Source: Basidiobolus meristosporus CBS 931.73
Taxonomy: Eukaryota; Fungi; Basidiobolomycota
NCBI GenBank assembly: GCA_002104905.1
Contig: MCFE01000486.1
Coordinates: forward strand, 3,700-67,699
Length of the DNA stretch: 64,000 nucleotides
Direction of reading: 5' to 3'
A model generated the notes under the pieces. It saw only the letters and a program-made list of their open reading frames with translations. It did no database searches and was not told the DNA's origin. Both the position numbers and the translations under genes were made by a program. This document shows, one piece after another, positions 62,018-64,000 of this stretch (positions are counted from its first letter, which is position 1; each line of letters starts with the position of its first letter).

Positions 62018-64000
62018 TCATGTAAACACTGCCAATGGATTTCTGGTGCCTGGCTTCTGTCCAGATTGATTGTATGAAACGAAGACCACTACGCACAGTG
62101 CCTAAGTACATTTTAGTAACTTATGCAAGGATAACCCAAAGAAATATGGCTTTACTTGTTTTGACTAATAAACGAACAAAAGTTGCATGGTTATTGTTAT
62201 ATGTATTTCTGACTGCAAAACCCGATACCAGGAATGCCAAGCATTTCCGAGGCTACATATGCTGTTGTTTCAAGTGCAGCCTGTTACAGAGTGTCATTTT
62301 GGATAATCTGGGAGAGCCAAATAGAATCATGAAAAGCAGTATATACTGAGTACACCAGTGCATGTTGGCCTGAATCCTGGGGCCATTGAAATGGTAGATA
62401 CTTTACTGAGTTACAAACAATTCTATGTTACATTTTAGTTACACTGGCCTCCGCTTTTGTTGACATCGTTATTGCCATTACTTATTTATCATTTCCATGC
62501 CAGCACCTCTATCCCCGGCACCACCACCTTCAGAATCACAGCCTCCAGCCCTGTTTCCTGCATTCCCGTCATTACCACCATTGCTAGTCCCTCCGTTCCC
62601 AGCACTGCTATTACCGCTGCTACCGCTGTTGGTGTCATACGCGCTAGTACTGTTTCCATTATTAATAATTAATTAGTAGCTTGAGTGGCATAGAGAAAGT
62701 GGCAGAAGGTTGTCAATTTCATGAGGGAAGTTGCCACGTGGTCACCCAGCTTTCCTTCCTCTTGCTTGTTGCACCAATCCCATATTTTTAATCTCAGATA
62801 TTTTATACCAACAAGCTATGTGCTCAGTGGTTGGGAGCCTGTTATCAGGAGACGTTAGCTTTCAGCAAAGAAGACCTGCCATTGATTGAGAAGTAAGGTG
62901 TCTCAGATATGTGTGAGTGAATTCTAACAAGTGAGTAATCACGGTTGTAATGGTCCTATTTTTGAAGCTCATCATCAATGGCCATTTGTTTGGTAAGGCC
63001 AATGCACTATTAAAATTTTATCAGCTTGCTCAAGTACAGGCCATTAGCAGACCCTTTATCTACCTAAACAGCAACAGCCCCAAATCATCATCCCTCAGCT
63101 GGCAGCTTGTATACATGCCTTAATATTAAATATTCTAGTAGCAGCAAGTTTTAGCTAACAAAGTAAGGAGGTGAGTAAGACAATCTTAAGTGAGAGCAGT
63201 GGCATGATGACATAGAAGTATATTCAGCAATACATATGTCAAGGGTGGCTAGGATGCTATTTCCAGAACTTGTAAATAACTTTACTAGCTAGCAGCCATA
63301 ATATAGTGTGCATAGGTTAAGCAGATTACTAGATTAGGATCAATGCAAATGCCCAGTGATAATCATGCTACAGCAAATTACATCTAATAGTTGCAACTAG
63401 CCAAAACTAATATTTACCCCAGGACACTGCCTCTATGGTGTATACTGGCTACAAAAGTTATGAGTCCACATTGTGTAATATGAAAACAAAAAATTTAGTG
63501 GTAGGCTAGCTTTGTCCTGACAGCTACTCATGAGCATCCATGCACACTTGCCAGTTTCAGATGTTTCCAAGTCTTTGCTCACTTGACCTCTGTTATTGAG
63601 CATTATAGACATAGTCCCTATCAAAAACCTCTAACAGGAAGTCCATCTGATAGTTTGCCATTATTTTGATGGTATTCTCTCAGGTTTTTGCTGGCATTCA
63701 CCCAGTGTTTTTTCTCTAAACTTGGAGGTGCAACTTTTGGTGGGAGTAGTGAGTAGTTGTTTAACATATTTGGTATGAATGCTGGCAGGCTCACTCATCT
63801 GTTGGAGGACAGAAATACCTATTTGTCAAATACTTAGTATCTCATATATTAAGGGTTGCAAACTTAGCAATTGGCTAACAGTATTACAGTATTGTGCTGA
63901 TCTTTTCTGATCTTATCTTCTTACAGAGCTTCACTTGACTAACTAGCTGCTTTACTAACCCCTTTTCACCTCAGCTCTTGCTGATACTTTCAAAGGAAGA

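Larger units (their letters stand above)
55201..64000 (-). repeat. Right arm of the giant inverted repeat (continues past the window end)
   Basis: The last 40 nt of the window are the exact reverse complement of 45803-45842. Confidence 0.98.

Noticed and set aside
45803-64000. Palindrome as a sequencing or assembly fold-back artefact
   Set aside because: The arms differ by SNPs, indels and an approximately 80%-identical core around a unique 560-bp spacer, which a hairpin read would not produce. Judged unlikely but not excluded without reads.
45803-64000. Palindrome as the TIRs of a DNA transposon, or as a Starship-like element
   Set aside because: No transposase or tyrosine-recombinase captain ORF is present, the spacer has no gene, and the outer ends and any TSD are not visible in the window.

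Overview
Eukaryotic, fungal-type genomic DNA with short GT-AG introns and CTAAC branch sites. The gene set suggests an early-diverging lineage such as Zoopagomycota or Mucoromycota (inference). Four compartments: (1) 1-3.0 kb, CpG-depleted decayed repeats and Copia relics. (2) 3.4-32.4 kb, a gene-dense, CpG-rich block of about 17 genes: PET127, a NagD-like HAD phosphatase, Alb1/Ecm1-like, two family-16 methyltransferases, ATG14, Mmc1-like, DUS2, F-box/LRR, SNT2, an FBXO3/SKIP16-like F-box-SMI1-ApaG gene, a small secreted protein and several hypotheticals. (3) 33.3-43.8 kb, a nest of five insertions of one Ty1/Copia family, including a young intact 4,687-bp element with a Ty5/copia-type half-tRNA primer site, followed by CpG-depleted DNA to about 47.1 kb. 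(4) 45.8-64.0 kb, a giant inverted repeat (arms at least 8.8 kb, 560-bp spacer, right arm running off the window). Each arm carries two intronless secreted-protein genes transcribed outward: a DUF3472-like + hevein (CBM18) fusion and a 6-Cys protein. Arm identity changes in steps (about 99, 99.9, 98, 91, 100 and 80%), which points to a real palindrome maintained by arm-to-arm conversion. This palindrome and its cargo are the best candidate for an undescribed system. All alignments and identities were done by eye; no database searches were run.
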